Shown piece after piece: positions 8,731 to 16,580 of a DNA stretch of 32,000 nt (positions are counted from its first letter, which is position 1; every line of letters begins with the position of its first letter). The notes beneath the pieces were generated by a model. The model did no database searches. It had not been told where the DNA came from and worked only from the letters and a program-made list of their open reading frames with translations. The stretch spans positions 1,440,001-1,472,000 of the forward strand of contig NZ_CP013213.1 of assembly GCF_001545095.1 (NCBI RefSeq). The letters are read 5' to 3'. A program made the translations under genes and the position numbers. The DNA comes from Erysipelothrix larvae (GTDB lineage Bacteria > Bacillota_I > Bacilli_A > Erysipelotrichales > Erysipelotrichaceae).

Positions 8731-10467
8731 TTAATATTTCACCTCTAATTGTGTAAACCAAACAATGCCCGATAGGACAAAACATACATTGGGCAGGGCT
8801 ACTCCATTACCCCACATCTTATATTCTGCAGAATCTGAATGAGGGTTTTTAAGCCACTTCGTGATTTGCTTCAGTGTCTTAGGTTTGGTGTAAGCTCCCG
8901 TTGCTTTACGGAATGTTTCAAAAATGTCATACCAAATCCGAAGGTCATCCATCGTTGGGGTCTCTATGCCTAAATCACTGCACCACCAATCTGGAAAACC
9001 TTGCAGTCTTGCACACTCAGTTGGAGTTAGTCTTCTCACCGTATAATCTATCCCGTCATTATCATTGATAAGTGGCGGATCTTTGTAGTCGGTAGCAACT
9101 AGTGTATTGGCCAGTTCCTCTTTGGCATCTGTAAAAAACGATGCCTTACTGGATGAATAGGTAGGAGTTGCAACAGCACTGGGGCCTTGTGCCTTCAGTG
9201 TTGAATTAATTCCGTCTTCAGTAATTCCTAGGTTTCTAGCATAGTTTTGACCGCAGTTAAATGACTCTCTATCAATGGCATAGACCACAGCGTGTTTATC
9301 TACGGTATTTAGAGTAAAGCTAAGCTCTTCATTCACACCAGCACCTTGAGGTCCATTCTTATCTACCCGTCCTATCATAGAGCCTTGTAAACCATAAGAT
9401 TCCACCACTGCAATACCACCTTGATTGCTGTCCGGTGCATTACCTGACGTATCAATCGTTCTTGCCGTGTCACTCTCGTAAACATTGGAACGAGCATTTA
9501 CAGTTCCTTCCGAGGTAAATCGCACATCATAAGTCTTAGAATTCTCTACAACAAATGGTTGGTTGTTGCCGCCTGTTCCATAGGTCGCTGAAATCGTAGG
9601 AGCAACATCAATCGGCCCACTAAAACGAGTATCCTTTCCGTGATTATCAAAAACAGCTGTATCCATAACACAAGGTGGATGATTTGACTTAGCACGTAGG
9701 GTACAAGTAATATCCTCTGTCACATCCATACGATTGCCGCCCTGGTCATTTAAGCAGATTGTGCCTGCCTCTCCAGTGCTGTCTGCAATATAGCTGGTAG
9801 CACCTTGCCACGAGCGGATGCTCTCCTTAGAATACCCAGACAAGCCTTCTGACTTAAATAGTATTTCTCCGGCACCCCCACCTGCAAAATCTGCGACAAG
9901 GAAGATTCGTTTTCTTCGTTGGGGAACTCCCCAGTATTGAGCGTCAAGCACTCGCCAGGCAAGGGAAAAATGGTCTCCCACAATAGTTCCTGCCTGTTTC
10001 CACTTATCAATCTTAGGAACTGATAAGGTTTCATCCTTGATGTGGCAGATGCCTTCAAGGACACATCTGAAATCTTCTCCTTTGTTTGATGAGAAGGCTC
10101 CAGGGACGTTTTCCCAGACAATATATCTTGGTTTTTTGCCATCTGTAGCACACCTCATTTCTTTTACAATTCGGATGGCCTCATAAAAAAGACTTGAACG
10201 TTTACCATCCAAGCCATCACGCTTACCTGCTATGGATAAATCCTGACAAGGTGAGCCAAAAGTAATAATATCTACCGGTTCTATCTTACTGCCATCCATG
10301 GTTGAGATATCGCCGTAATGTTTTATAAAAGGCAGCCTTTTCGTTGTCACCCTAATAGGAAACGGTTCAATCTCCGATGCCCATACTGGGGTAATACCAG
10401 AAATTAAACCGCCTAAAGGAAAACCACCTGAACCATCAAAAAGACTGCCAAGGGTTAATTTATCCAT
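8731..10467 (-). CDS. DNA (cytosine-5)-methyltransferase with very long variable region
   Basis: C5-MTase motifs appear in canonical order: FDGSGGF (I), GSPCQDLS (IV), WENVPG (VI), QRRKRIF (VIII), RRLTPTECARLQGFP (IX-X region) and GNGVALP. Start re-assigned to ATG 10467 (MDKLTLGSLFDG) with GGAGG 6 nt upstream; it overlaps the upstream stop as ATGGATAA. Confidence 0.9.
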   Translation of the reverse strand: MDKLTLGSLFDGSGGFPLGGLISGITPVWASEIEPFPIRVTTKRLPFIKHYGDISTMDGSKIEPVDIITFGSPCQDLSIAGKRDGLDGKRSSLFYEAIRIVKEMRCATDGKKPRYIVWENVPGAFSSNKGEDFRCVLEGICHIKDETLSVPKIDKWKQAGTIVGDHFSLAWRVLDAQYWGVPQRRKRIFLVADFAGGGAGEILFKSEGLSGYSKESIRSWQGATSYIADSTGEAGTICLNDQGGNRMDVTEDITCTLRAKSNHPPCVMDTAVFDNHGKDTRFSGPIDVAPTISATYGTGGNNQPFVVENSKTYDVRFTSEGTVNARSNVYESDTARTIDTSGNAPDSNQGGIAVVESYGLQGSMIGRVDKNGPQGAGVNEELSFTLNTVDKHAVVYAIDRESFNCGQNYARNLGITEDGINSTLKAQGPSAVATPTYSSSKASFFTDAKEELANTLVATDYKDPPLINDNDGIDYTVRRLTPTECARLQGFPDWWCSDLGIETPTMDDLRIWYDIFETFRKATGAYTKPKTLKQITKWLKNPHSDSAEYKMWGNGVALPNVCFVLSGIVWFTQLEVKY

Positions 10468-11695
10468 CAGCAACCTCCAGTTCATCATAGTTGTAGCTCA
10501 GCCCATCCCTTTGGACGCTGACATTGGTAGAAGTTCCGACCTGTTCAATGTAGCGTTTGATAATGACATCGCAAAACTTCTCATCTAATTCTGCAGTGTA
10601 GCAAATACGCTCTGATTGTTCACAAGCAATTAAGGTGCTACCACTGCCGCCAAAAGGATCTAGCACAATGGTGTTAGTCATCGAGGAGTTCAAAACCGGA
10701 TAGGCGAGCAGAGGGATAGGTTTCATCGTAGGATGGTCTCCATTTCTCTTCGGCTTATCAAATTCCCAGATGGTGGTTTCTTTCCTGCCCGTATACCACT
10801 GATGCTTGCCTTTCTTTTTCCAGCCAAACAGCACAGGTTCGTGCTGCCATTGATAAGGAGAACGCCCCAGTACAAGGGAGTCCTTTTTCCAGATACAACA
10901 GCCAGACAAATAAAAACCGGCATCCGAGAAAGCTTTTCTAAAATTAAATCCTTCGGTGTCGGCATGAAATACATAGATGGAGGCATCGTCTGCCAGAACT
11001 TCTTCGATGTTGATAAAGGCATCTAAGAGGAACTGGTAGAAGGCATCATTTCCCATATGGTCATTTTTAATCTTTCCTGCAGTGCCTTCATAATTCACAT
11101 TGTAGGGAGGATCTGTTACACACAAGTTTGCCTTCTTTTTATTCATCAGCACATCATAGGTTTCTTCTTTGGTGGAGTCACCACAGATAAGCCTGTGTCT
11201 GCCAAGCGTCCAGATGTCACCAAGCTTGCTGATGGCAGGCTTTTTTAGTTCTGTCTCCACATCAAAGTCATCATCGTGGATACCATCTTTCAATGTGTCC
11301 TTAAATAAGTCATCCAGTTCTTTAGGGTCAAATCCAGTTAGGGAAACATCAAAATCTACACCTTGTAAATCTGAAATTAAAAGGGCCAGTTTATCCTTGT
11401 CCCAAGCACCGCTGATTTTATTGAGTGCGATGTTAAGTGCTTTTTCTTTCTCTTCGTCCATCTCGATGATGACACACTCGACTTCTGTGATACCCATATC
11501 CATGAGAACCTTCAGTCTTTGATGCCCACCGACAACATGGCCGGTCACCTTATTCCAGATAACCGGCTCTACATAACCAAATTGTTCAATGGATCGTTTT
11601 AATTTATCGTATTCTGCATCACCAGGTTTTAAATCTTTACGAGGATTGTATGTTGCAGGGATGAGGTCTTTTGTGTTCTTCTTTTCAATCAACAT
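10460..11695 (-). CDS. ParB-like nuclease domain fused to N6-adenine/N4-cytosine DNA methyltransferase (beta class)
   Basis: The N-terminus is ParB/Srx-like (YNPRKDLKPGDAEYDKLKRSIEQFGYVEPVIWNK...GGHQRLKVL). The catalytic DPPYN motif (CVTDPPYNVNYEG) comes before the SAM-binding LDPFGGSGSTLIA. The ATG overlaps the metK stop. Confidence 0.85.
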   Translation of the reverse strand: MLIEKKNTKDLIPATYNPRKDLKPGDAEYDKLKRSIEQFGYVEPVIWNKVTGHVVGGHQRLKVLMDMGITEVECVIIEMDEEKEKALNIALNKISGAWDKDKLALLISDLQGVDFDVSLTGFDPKELDDLFKDTLKDGIHDDDFDVETELKKPAISKLGDIWTLGRHRLICGDSTKEETYDVLMNKKKANLCVTDPPYNVNYEGTAGKIKNDHMGNDAFYQFLLDAFINIEEVLADDASIYVFHADTEGFNFRKAFSDAGFYLSGCCIWKKDSLVLGRSPYQWQHEPVLFGWKKKGKHQWYTGRKETTIWEFDKPKRNGDHPTMKPIPLLAYPVLNSSMTNTIVLDPFGGSGSTLIACEQSERICYTAELDEKFCDVIIKRYIEQVGTSTNVSVQRDGLSYNYDELEVADG

Positions 11696-12848
11696 ATTTG
11701 TTTACCGCCTCCCTTAGTTCTGTATAGCAATCTAAAAATTCCCACGTGCTTAAGCCATATCTGAAATGACCGTAAGTAGCTGTATCTGCATAAATAACAT
11801 CCGTCAGCTTTAGCTTTTCGATAATGGCTGCAGGTCTTAGATTGAATACATCTAAAACAGCACGGCAAAGGATACTTTCCTCAACCGTACCTGTTCCAAA
11901 GGTATCAATCTCAAGAGCAACAGGATCTGCTTTTCCAATGGCATAGGAAATCGCTACCTGGCATCGCTTAGCAAAGCTACATCGAACGATATTCTTCGCA
12001 ATCGCCCTTGCCATATAGGCACCACTGCGGTCAACTTTTGTCGGGTCTTTACCCGAAAATGCACCGCCACCATGAGCGGCGAGTCCGCCATAGGTATCAA
12101 CCATGATTTTTCTTCCCGTAAGACCAGTATCTGCTGCAGGCCCTCCTTCAACAAATCGTCCACTTGGATTAATAAGGATCTCAGTCTCATCGTCAAATGG
12201 ATATTTTTCAAAGACTGGCCACAGTACCTGAGCAATGACTTCATTTCTTAAAACATCTAAATCTTTATCTGCACTGTGTTGAACAGAAACAACGATGGTC
12301 TTAATTCGTTTCGGTTTATCATCTTCATACTCCACAGTGACTTGAGCCTTACCATCTGGACCAATATCTTTAATCACGCCATTCTTCATCACCTTATCTA
12401 GCTTTTCGCAAATGGCATGGGATAAGACTAAGGGGAGAGGTAGTTTCTCACTAGTTTCATTGGTGGCATAGCCATAAACGGTGCCTTGGTCACCAGCACC
12501 TAACATGGAATACCATGACGTATCACCCTCACGAGATTCCAAGGGCCTATCCACACCACCTGCGATATCTTTACTTTGCTGGTGTACGTAGACAAAGACT
12601 AAAAACTTTCTTGGATTGTAGCCCACCTCCGTCAGAACACGGCGAACAACACCTCTGATATCAATTCTCTTTGAACAGGTAATCTCACCGGCAACAATGA
12701 TGTGTCCTTTGGTAGCCATCACCTCGCAAGCAACACGAGAGGATTTATCTTTTCTTAAACACGCATCTAAAATGCTATCTGAAATAAGGTCACATAATTT
12801 ATCGGGATGACCTTTACAGACACTTTCGCACGTTCTATATTTTTTCAT
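11685..12848 (-). CDS. metK: S-adenosylmethionine synthetase
   Basis: 387 aa with the canonical MetK motifs ESVCKGHPDKLCD, GAGDQG, VDTYGG and GGGAFSGKDPTKVDRSGAYMAR. ATG at 12848 is 1 nt after the terS stop, with AAAGGAA upstream. Confidence 0.9.
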   Translation of the reverse strand: MKKYRTCESVCKGHPDKLCDLISDSILDACLRKDKSSRVACEVMATKGHIIVAGEITCSKRIDIRGVVRRVLTEVGYNPRKFLVFVYVHQQSKDIAGGVDRPLESREGDTSWYSMLGAGDQGTVYGYATNETSEKLPLPLVLSHAICEKLDKVMKNGVIKDIGPDGKAQVTVEYEDDKPKRIKTIVVSVQHSADKDLDVLRNEVIAQVLWPVFEKYPFDDETEILINPSGRFVEGGPAADTGLTGRKIMVDTYGGLAAHGGGAFSGKDPTKVDRSGAYMARAIAKNIVRCSFAKRCQVAISYAIGKADPVALEIDTFGTGTVEESILCRAVLDVFNLRPAAIIEKLKLTDVIYADTATYGHFRYGLSTWEFLDCYTELREAVNKYVD

Positions 12849-12849
12849 T

Positions 12850-13389
12850 TTATTTTCCTTTCCGAGCAGATAATAACCGCTCCATCAAATCATCTTGTGG
12901 ACTTCTGCCACCGAACTCCACAGAGCAGTTTTCTTTTACAATTTGGTAAATCTGATACCAACACTGGTTGACCTGTTTCATGTATTCACGGCTCATCGCA
13001 ACGTAAGGTGATGCGATGGCAGCGGAAGTGGTTGGATGCTTTGCAAGAAATCCATATTCTGAAATACATTCCTCGCACTGAATCCAACGAGAAACGCTCA
13101 TGGCATACTGCTCGATTAACTGGTTGTTTACTAACATTTCGCAGCTACGATCTTTTAACCATTTATAGGTTTCTATATAAATATCTTCTGCGCAGAGGTC
13201 TTTGCCATTTTTCTGAGTAGCCTTTAAATAATCTTTTACAGCCGGCACATCTGCACCTTCTATTTCCGTTGGCTCTGGCAGGATCATGGCACCATTTAAT
13301 CTGCCGTCAGCAATTTTATCGGTTAGAGCCTTTGATTTTCTTCCTGAACCCACACGCTGACCGCCTCTTGCTGTACCGTCTTTCGCCAT
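12850..13389 (-). CDS. terS: terminase small subunit (P27-like)
   Basis: About 179 aa from ATG 13389; the track start at 13398 is GTG. It has a basic N-terminus (GGQRVGSGRKSK) and a middle region LIEQYAMSVSRWIQCEECISEYGFL...SPYVAMSREYMKQ resembling P27-family small terminases. It lies directly downstream of an HNH gene. Confidence 0.65.
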   Translation of the reverse strand: MAKDGTARGGQRVGSGRKSKALTDKIADGRLNGAMILPEPTEIEGADVPAVKDYLKATQKNGKDLCAEDIYIETYKWLKDRSCEMLVNNQLIEQYAMSVSRWIQCEECISEYGFLAKHPTTSAAIASPYVAMSREYMKQVNQCWYQIYQIVKENCSVEFGGRSPQDDLMERLLSARKGK

Positions 13390-13508
13390 GTTTTTCACCC
13401 CACTTTCCTAAAAGTCTTTAATACCCCCTTTGATTTCTGATTTTTACACGCGAAGCCCCAGGCCGTTGTCCGCCATAAGAGGTCTAGAGATTTGACCTCC
13501 CCCTTGGG

Positions 13509-13868
13509 TCAGCTACGAATCTGTCGATCACCGAGATCTAAATGAATCTTGTTGTGACAGGATTTACACAAGGACATCAGATTACTTCTATCGTGTGTAC
13601 CACCTTGAGAAACAGGGAGGATGTGATGCACTTCATCAGTGGGAGTCAGTCGTCCGTCCTTTTTACACATCTCACACAGGGGATGTTCTCGTGCATAGCG
13701 GTCACGGATTCTTTTCCAGGCTCTGCCGTATTTCTTATTAACATCCTTTGACCGTTGATATTTGTCATAGCGCCTACGCTCTTCTACTCGATGGTCTTCA
13801 CAGTACTGGCCATCGGTTAAGTTGGGACATCCTGGACTGCTACATGGTCGCTTAGGTTTTCTTGGCAT
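13509..13868 (-). CDS. HNH endonuclease (packaging-associated)
   Basis: Start re-assigned to ATG 13868 (MPRKPKRPCSSPGCPNL...). It has an HNH core (EVHHILPVSQGGTHDRSNLMSLCKSCHNKIH) and Cys-rich zinc motifs. It is adjacent to terS, as in HK97-like cos phages. Confidence 0.85.
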   Translation of the reverse strand: MPRKPKRPCSSPGCPNLTDGQYCEDHRVEERRRYDKYQRSKDVNKKYGRAWKRIRDRYAREHPLCEMCKKDGRLTPTDEVHHILPVSQGGTHDRSNLMSLCKSCHNKIHLDLGDRQIRS

Positions 13869-13986
13869 CGTTTCACCTCGCTTTCTGGGCATAGAAAAAG
13901 CCCTGCAGGGCGCATCCCACAAGGCTTGGTAAGTATTCTATCTTGCTGATTATAATGTAACATAAAGATGAGGTGCTTATCTCTGC

Positions 13987-14439
13987 TCAAAAGTGCTCAT
14001 TGCTGTTCAACATTTGAATAACAATTGGATTTTCAGGTACGACAACATGATTTAAGGCATTGCCATGCCATCTGCGAATGGTACTCTTATCAGCATTTAG
14101 CTCATCACCAATTTGCTCCCAAGTAAAGTTGTGAACATAACGGTAACGTAACACCATGCGTTCATCGATATCCGTTACTTTATTAATCACATCTCGAATC
14201 TCTGCTTTAAGTGCTACAAGGTGATCCACCTCATCATTAATCTTGATTTGAAGTTCTTCAATTCGCTCCAGATATCTGACAAACAAAGCATCGGTATGCC
14301 GTTGTGTCTGTATTCTCTCGCCCCAGCTAGGGGAGGAAACACTGGTCGATAACTCCCTTAGCCTTTCCATTTCCTCAATGTTTGATTGTATTCGTTTATC
14401 TAGCCTGTAGGCTTGATGTAAATATTCTTTTGCTTTCAT
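13987..14439 (-). CDS. sigma-70 region-4-like transcriptional regulator (DUF1492/ArpU-RinA-like late regulator)
   Basis: 150 aa. The C-terminal HTH is ERMVLRYRYVHNFTWEQIGDELNADKSTIRRWHGNALNHV. It is located just upstream of the packaging genes, the usual late-activator position. Confidence 0.6.
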   Translation of the reverse strand: MKAKEYLHQAYRLDKRIQSNIEEMERLRELSTSVSSPSWGERIQTQRHTDALFVRYLERIEELQIKINDEVDHLVALKAEIRDVINKVTDIDERMVLRYRYVHNFTWEQIGDELNADKSTIRRWHGNALNHVVVPENPIVIQMLNSNEHF

Positions 14440-14660
14440 TGTTCGCTCACCTCCGCTTGTAGCTTTTTGATTAGGACGTTCCCATCAACAGAGGTAAGTT
14501 CTCTATACCAATCAGAGTGGAAGAACCTCTCCACCTCGTTTTTCATATCTTGTGCCGGTCCATAAAATGGACGTTTCTTTAGTTTCTTTAAGGCATCTCT
14601 ATAATCCTTAACAGCCATCAAAATAATGGCATTGGCTAAATCTTGATAAGGTTCTGTCAT
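14436..14660 (-). CDS. hypothetical protein
   Basis: 74 aa. It has 4-nt overlaps with both neighbours. No motif recognised. Confidence 0.4.
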   Translation of the reverse strand: MTEPYQDLANAIILMAVKDYRDALKKLKKRPFYGPAQDMKNEVERFFHSDWYRELTSVDGNVLIKKLQAEVSEQ

Positions 14661-16009
14661 CGCATCACCTCTAAATTCGCCTTTACCGCATCAATCAAGG
14701 CATCTTGAGTTTTCTCCTTTTTTGTGAGTGCAAGCAGTACGTCTTCATCGATGGTGTTTTTGGTGATAATGTGGTGAACAATAACTGTATTCTTTTGACC
14801 CTGCCTATATAGTCTTGCATTGGTTTGCTGATACAGCTCTAGTGACCAGGTCAGACCAAACCAGATAAGCGTTGAACCTCCGCTTTGAAGATTAAGACCA
14901 TGACCTGCACTAGCTGGATGAATAACAGCAATGGGTATCTTGCCATCATTCCAATTCTCAATATCCTTTGATGACTGAATTTGCCTTACCGGAAATCGCT
15001 CTTTAATCCGTTCTAAATCATGCTTATACCAATAAGCAACAAGGACCGGTTTCCCATTTGCTCCTTCGATTAAATCTTCCAAGGCATCTAGCTTTTTTTC
15101 ATGAATCACATGAGCTTTATTTTCGCTATCGTATACTGCACCATTTGCCATCTGTAACAGTTTTCCAGAAAGGACTGCCGCATTAACAGCATCAATTTCT
15201 TCATCACCTAAGTTAGCAACCATGTCTTCCTTAAAATCTGAATAGACTTTCCATTCTTTTTCACTTAAAGTGACAAACACTTCATTACTGACATATTCAG
15301 GCATCTTGAGATAATCGGTAGATTTCATAGAAATAGTGATGTCCGATATTTGTTTGTAGATTTCCTCTTCTGCACCTGGCAGTGGTTTATAAGAAAATAT
15401 AATCTGTGCGTTTCTCTTATCTGGCTTAAAATAGGTGTTTCGATAATGGCTGATGTAGCGTCCAAGCCTTTGACCCAAATCAAGAATGCGAAACTCTGCC
15501 CATAAATCCATCAATCCATTACTGGAGGGAGTGCCGGTAAGACCAACTATTCTTTTTACAGAGGGTCTAACTTTGAGTAGACTCTTAAACCGCTTTGCAC
15601 CATAGGACTTAAAGGATGACAATTCATCAATGACCACCATATCAAAATGAAAAGGAATACCACTTTTATGAACCAACCAATCCACGTTCTCACGATTGAT
15701 GATGTATACCGTTGATTGTTTCTTGAGGGCATCGATTCTTTCTTTTTCTGTTCCTACTGCCACCGAATAAGAGAGTCCTTTTAAGTGATCCCACTTTTTT
15801 ATTTCAGCAGGCCATGTATCTCTTGCTACTCTTAAAGGAGCAATGACTAACACCTTGCAAACGAGAAAGCTATCCAAACACAGATCAAATATGGCGGATA
15901 AGGTAATCACACTTTTACCTAAACCCATTTCAAGAAATACAGCCGATATGGGATGGGATAAAATGAATTCAGTAGCATAGCTTTGGTATTCATGTGGATT
16001 GTATTTCAC
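14657..16009 (-). CDS. SNF2-family helicase/ATPase
   Basis: Motifs present: MGLGKS (I), VVIDELSSFK (II), LTGTPSSNGLMDLW (III) and QQTNARLYRQGQ (VI). Start probably GTG 16009 with GGAGGG 7 nt upstream; the track start TTG 16024 lies inside the SD. Confidence 0.85.
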   Translation of the reverse strand: MKYNPHEYQSYATEFILSHPISAVFLEMGLGKSVITLSAIFDLCLDSFLVCKVLVIAPLRVARDTWPAEIKKWDHLKGLSYSVAVGTEKERIDALKKQSTVYIINRENVDWLVHKSGIPFHFDMVVIDELSSFKSYGAKRFKSLLKVRPSVKRIVGLTGTPSSNGLMDLWAEFRILDLGQRLGRYISHYRNTYFKPDKRNAQIIFSYKPLPGAEEEIYKQISDITISMKSTDYLKMPEYVSNEVFVTLSEKEWKVYSDFKEDMVANLGDEEIDAVNAAVLSGKLLQMANGAVYDSENKAHVIHEKKLDALEDLIEGANGKPVLVAYWYKHDLERIKERFPVRQIQSSKDIENWNDGKIPIAVIHPASAGHGLNLQSGGSTLIWFGLTWSLELYQQTNARLYRQGQKNTVIVHHIITKNTIDEDVLLALTKKEKTQDALIDAVKANLEVMR

Positions 16010-16271
16010 TAAGTATCCCTCCAATCTGTTCTATATCATCCAGGCAATAGACCAAAAAGCCTAATGCCTCTAATTGCTTCTTTCTTTTATTCTGTAAAGG
16101 ACGCATCTTTTTCCCTGTCGCCTTACATTCGACAAAGGCGATTCTTCCCATGGGAAGTAACACGATGCGGTCGGGCATTCCATCTATTCCAGGACTCACA
16201 AATTTCGGGGCAATACCTCCCATGCTTTTTACTGTCGCTACCAGTTTTTGTTCTATATATTTTTCTTGCAT
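15990..16271 (-). CDS. VRR-NUC domain nuclease
   Basis: Start re-assigned to ATG 16271 (MQEKYIEQKLVATVKSMGG...) with GGAGG 6 nt upstream. The motif GMPDRIVLLPMGRIAFVECKATGKKMRPLQ matches the VRR-NUC D...E-x-K core. It is paired with an SNF2 helicase, as is common in phages. Confidence 0.75.
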   Translation of the reverse strand: MQEKYIEQKLVATVKSMGGIAPKFVSPGIDGMPDRIVLLPMGRIAFVECKATGKKMRPLQNKRKKQLEALGFLVYCLDDIEQIGGILSEIQST

Positions 16272-16357
16272 AAATGACCTCCAACAATTCATCAGGAACA
16301 ACAAGCACAACTTTTAACGTTTTTTCCTATACGCGCGCATACATACGCTCACGATGC

Positions 16358-16580
16358 TTTACTACTACTATTTATTAATTTATTACTAAGTAGTAAAACT
16401 CTTGTTCCACTCATTCCAGTAAAGCCAAAATGTCGGTAATGACTGGGTTTTTAAGAGAACAAGCATAAGGAACAACTAAAGAACAAGGAACGACCTTACT
16501 CATTCTTCTCGTAACAACGTTGCCTACCGTAAAGGGGAAAATTACTTGTTCCATTCTTGTTCCCTTGGTACTTGTTCCAC
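16358..16580. repeat. iteron cluster plus AT-rich inverted repeat (candidate phage replication origin)
   Basis: A 9-bp inverted repeat TTTACTACT/AGTAGTAAA (16358-16366 / 16389-16397) flanks a 22-nt spacer containing only 2 C and no G. The octamer CTTGTTCC occurs at 16401, 16545, 16556 and 16571. Its complement (G)GAACAA(G/C) occurs at 16457, 16469 and 16481 with 12-nt spacing. The cluster straddles the primase stop codon (16496). Confidence 0.5.

Noticed and set aside
13893-13911. GCCCTGCAGGGC palindrome plus T5 upstream of HNH as a terminator
   Set aside because: Only a 4-bp stem is possible once a loop is allowed, which is too weak to call. It is noted only because it lies in the untranslated part of the track's over-extended HNH ORF.
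16358-16580. Short repeats that might be a CRISPR array
   Set aside because: The repeat unit is only 8 nt, occurs in both orientations, has irregular 11-15-nt spacing and partly lies inside a coding region. This is iteron-like rather than CRISPR. No cas genes are present.
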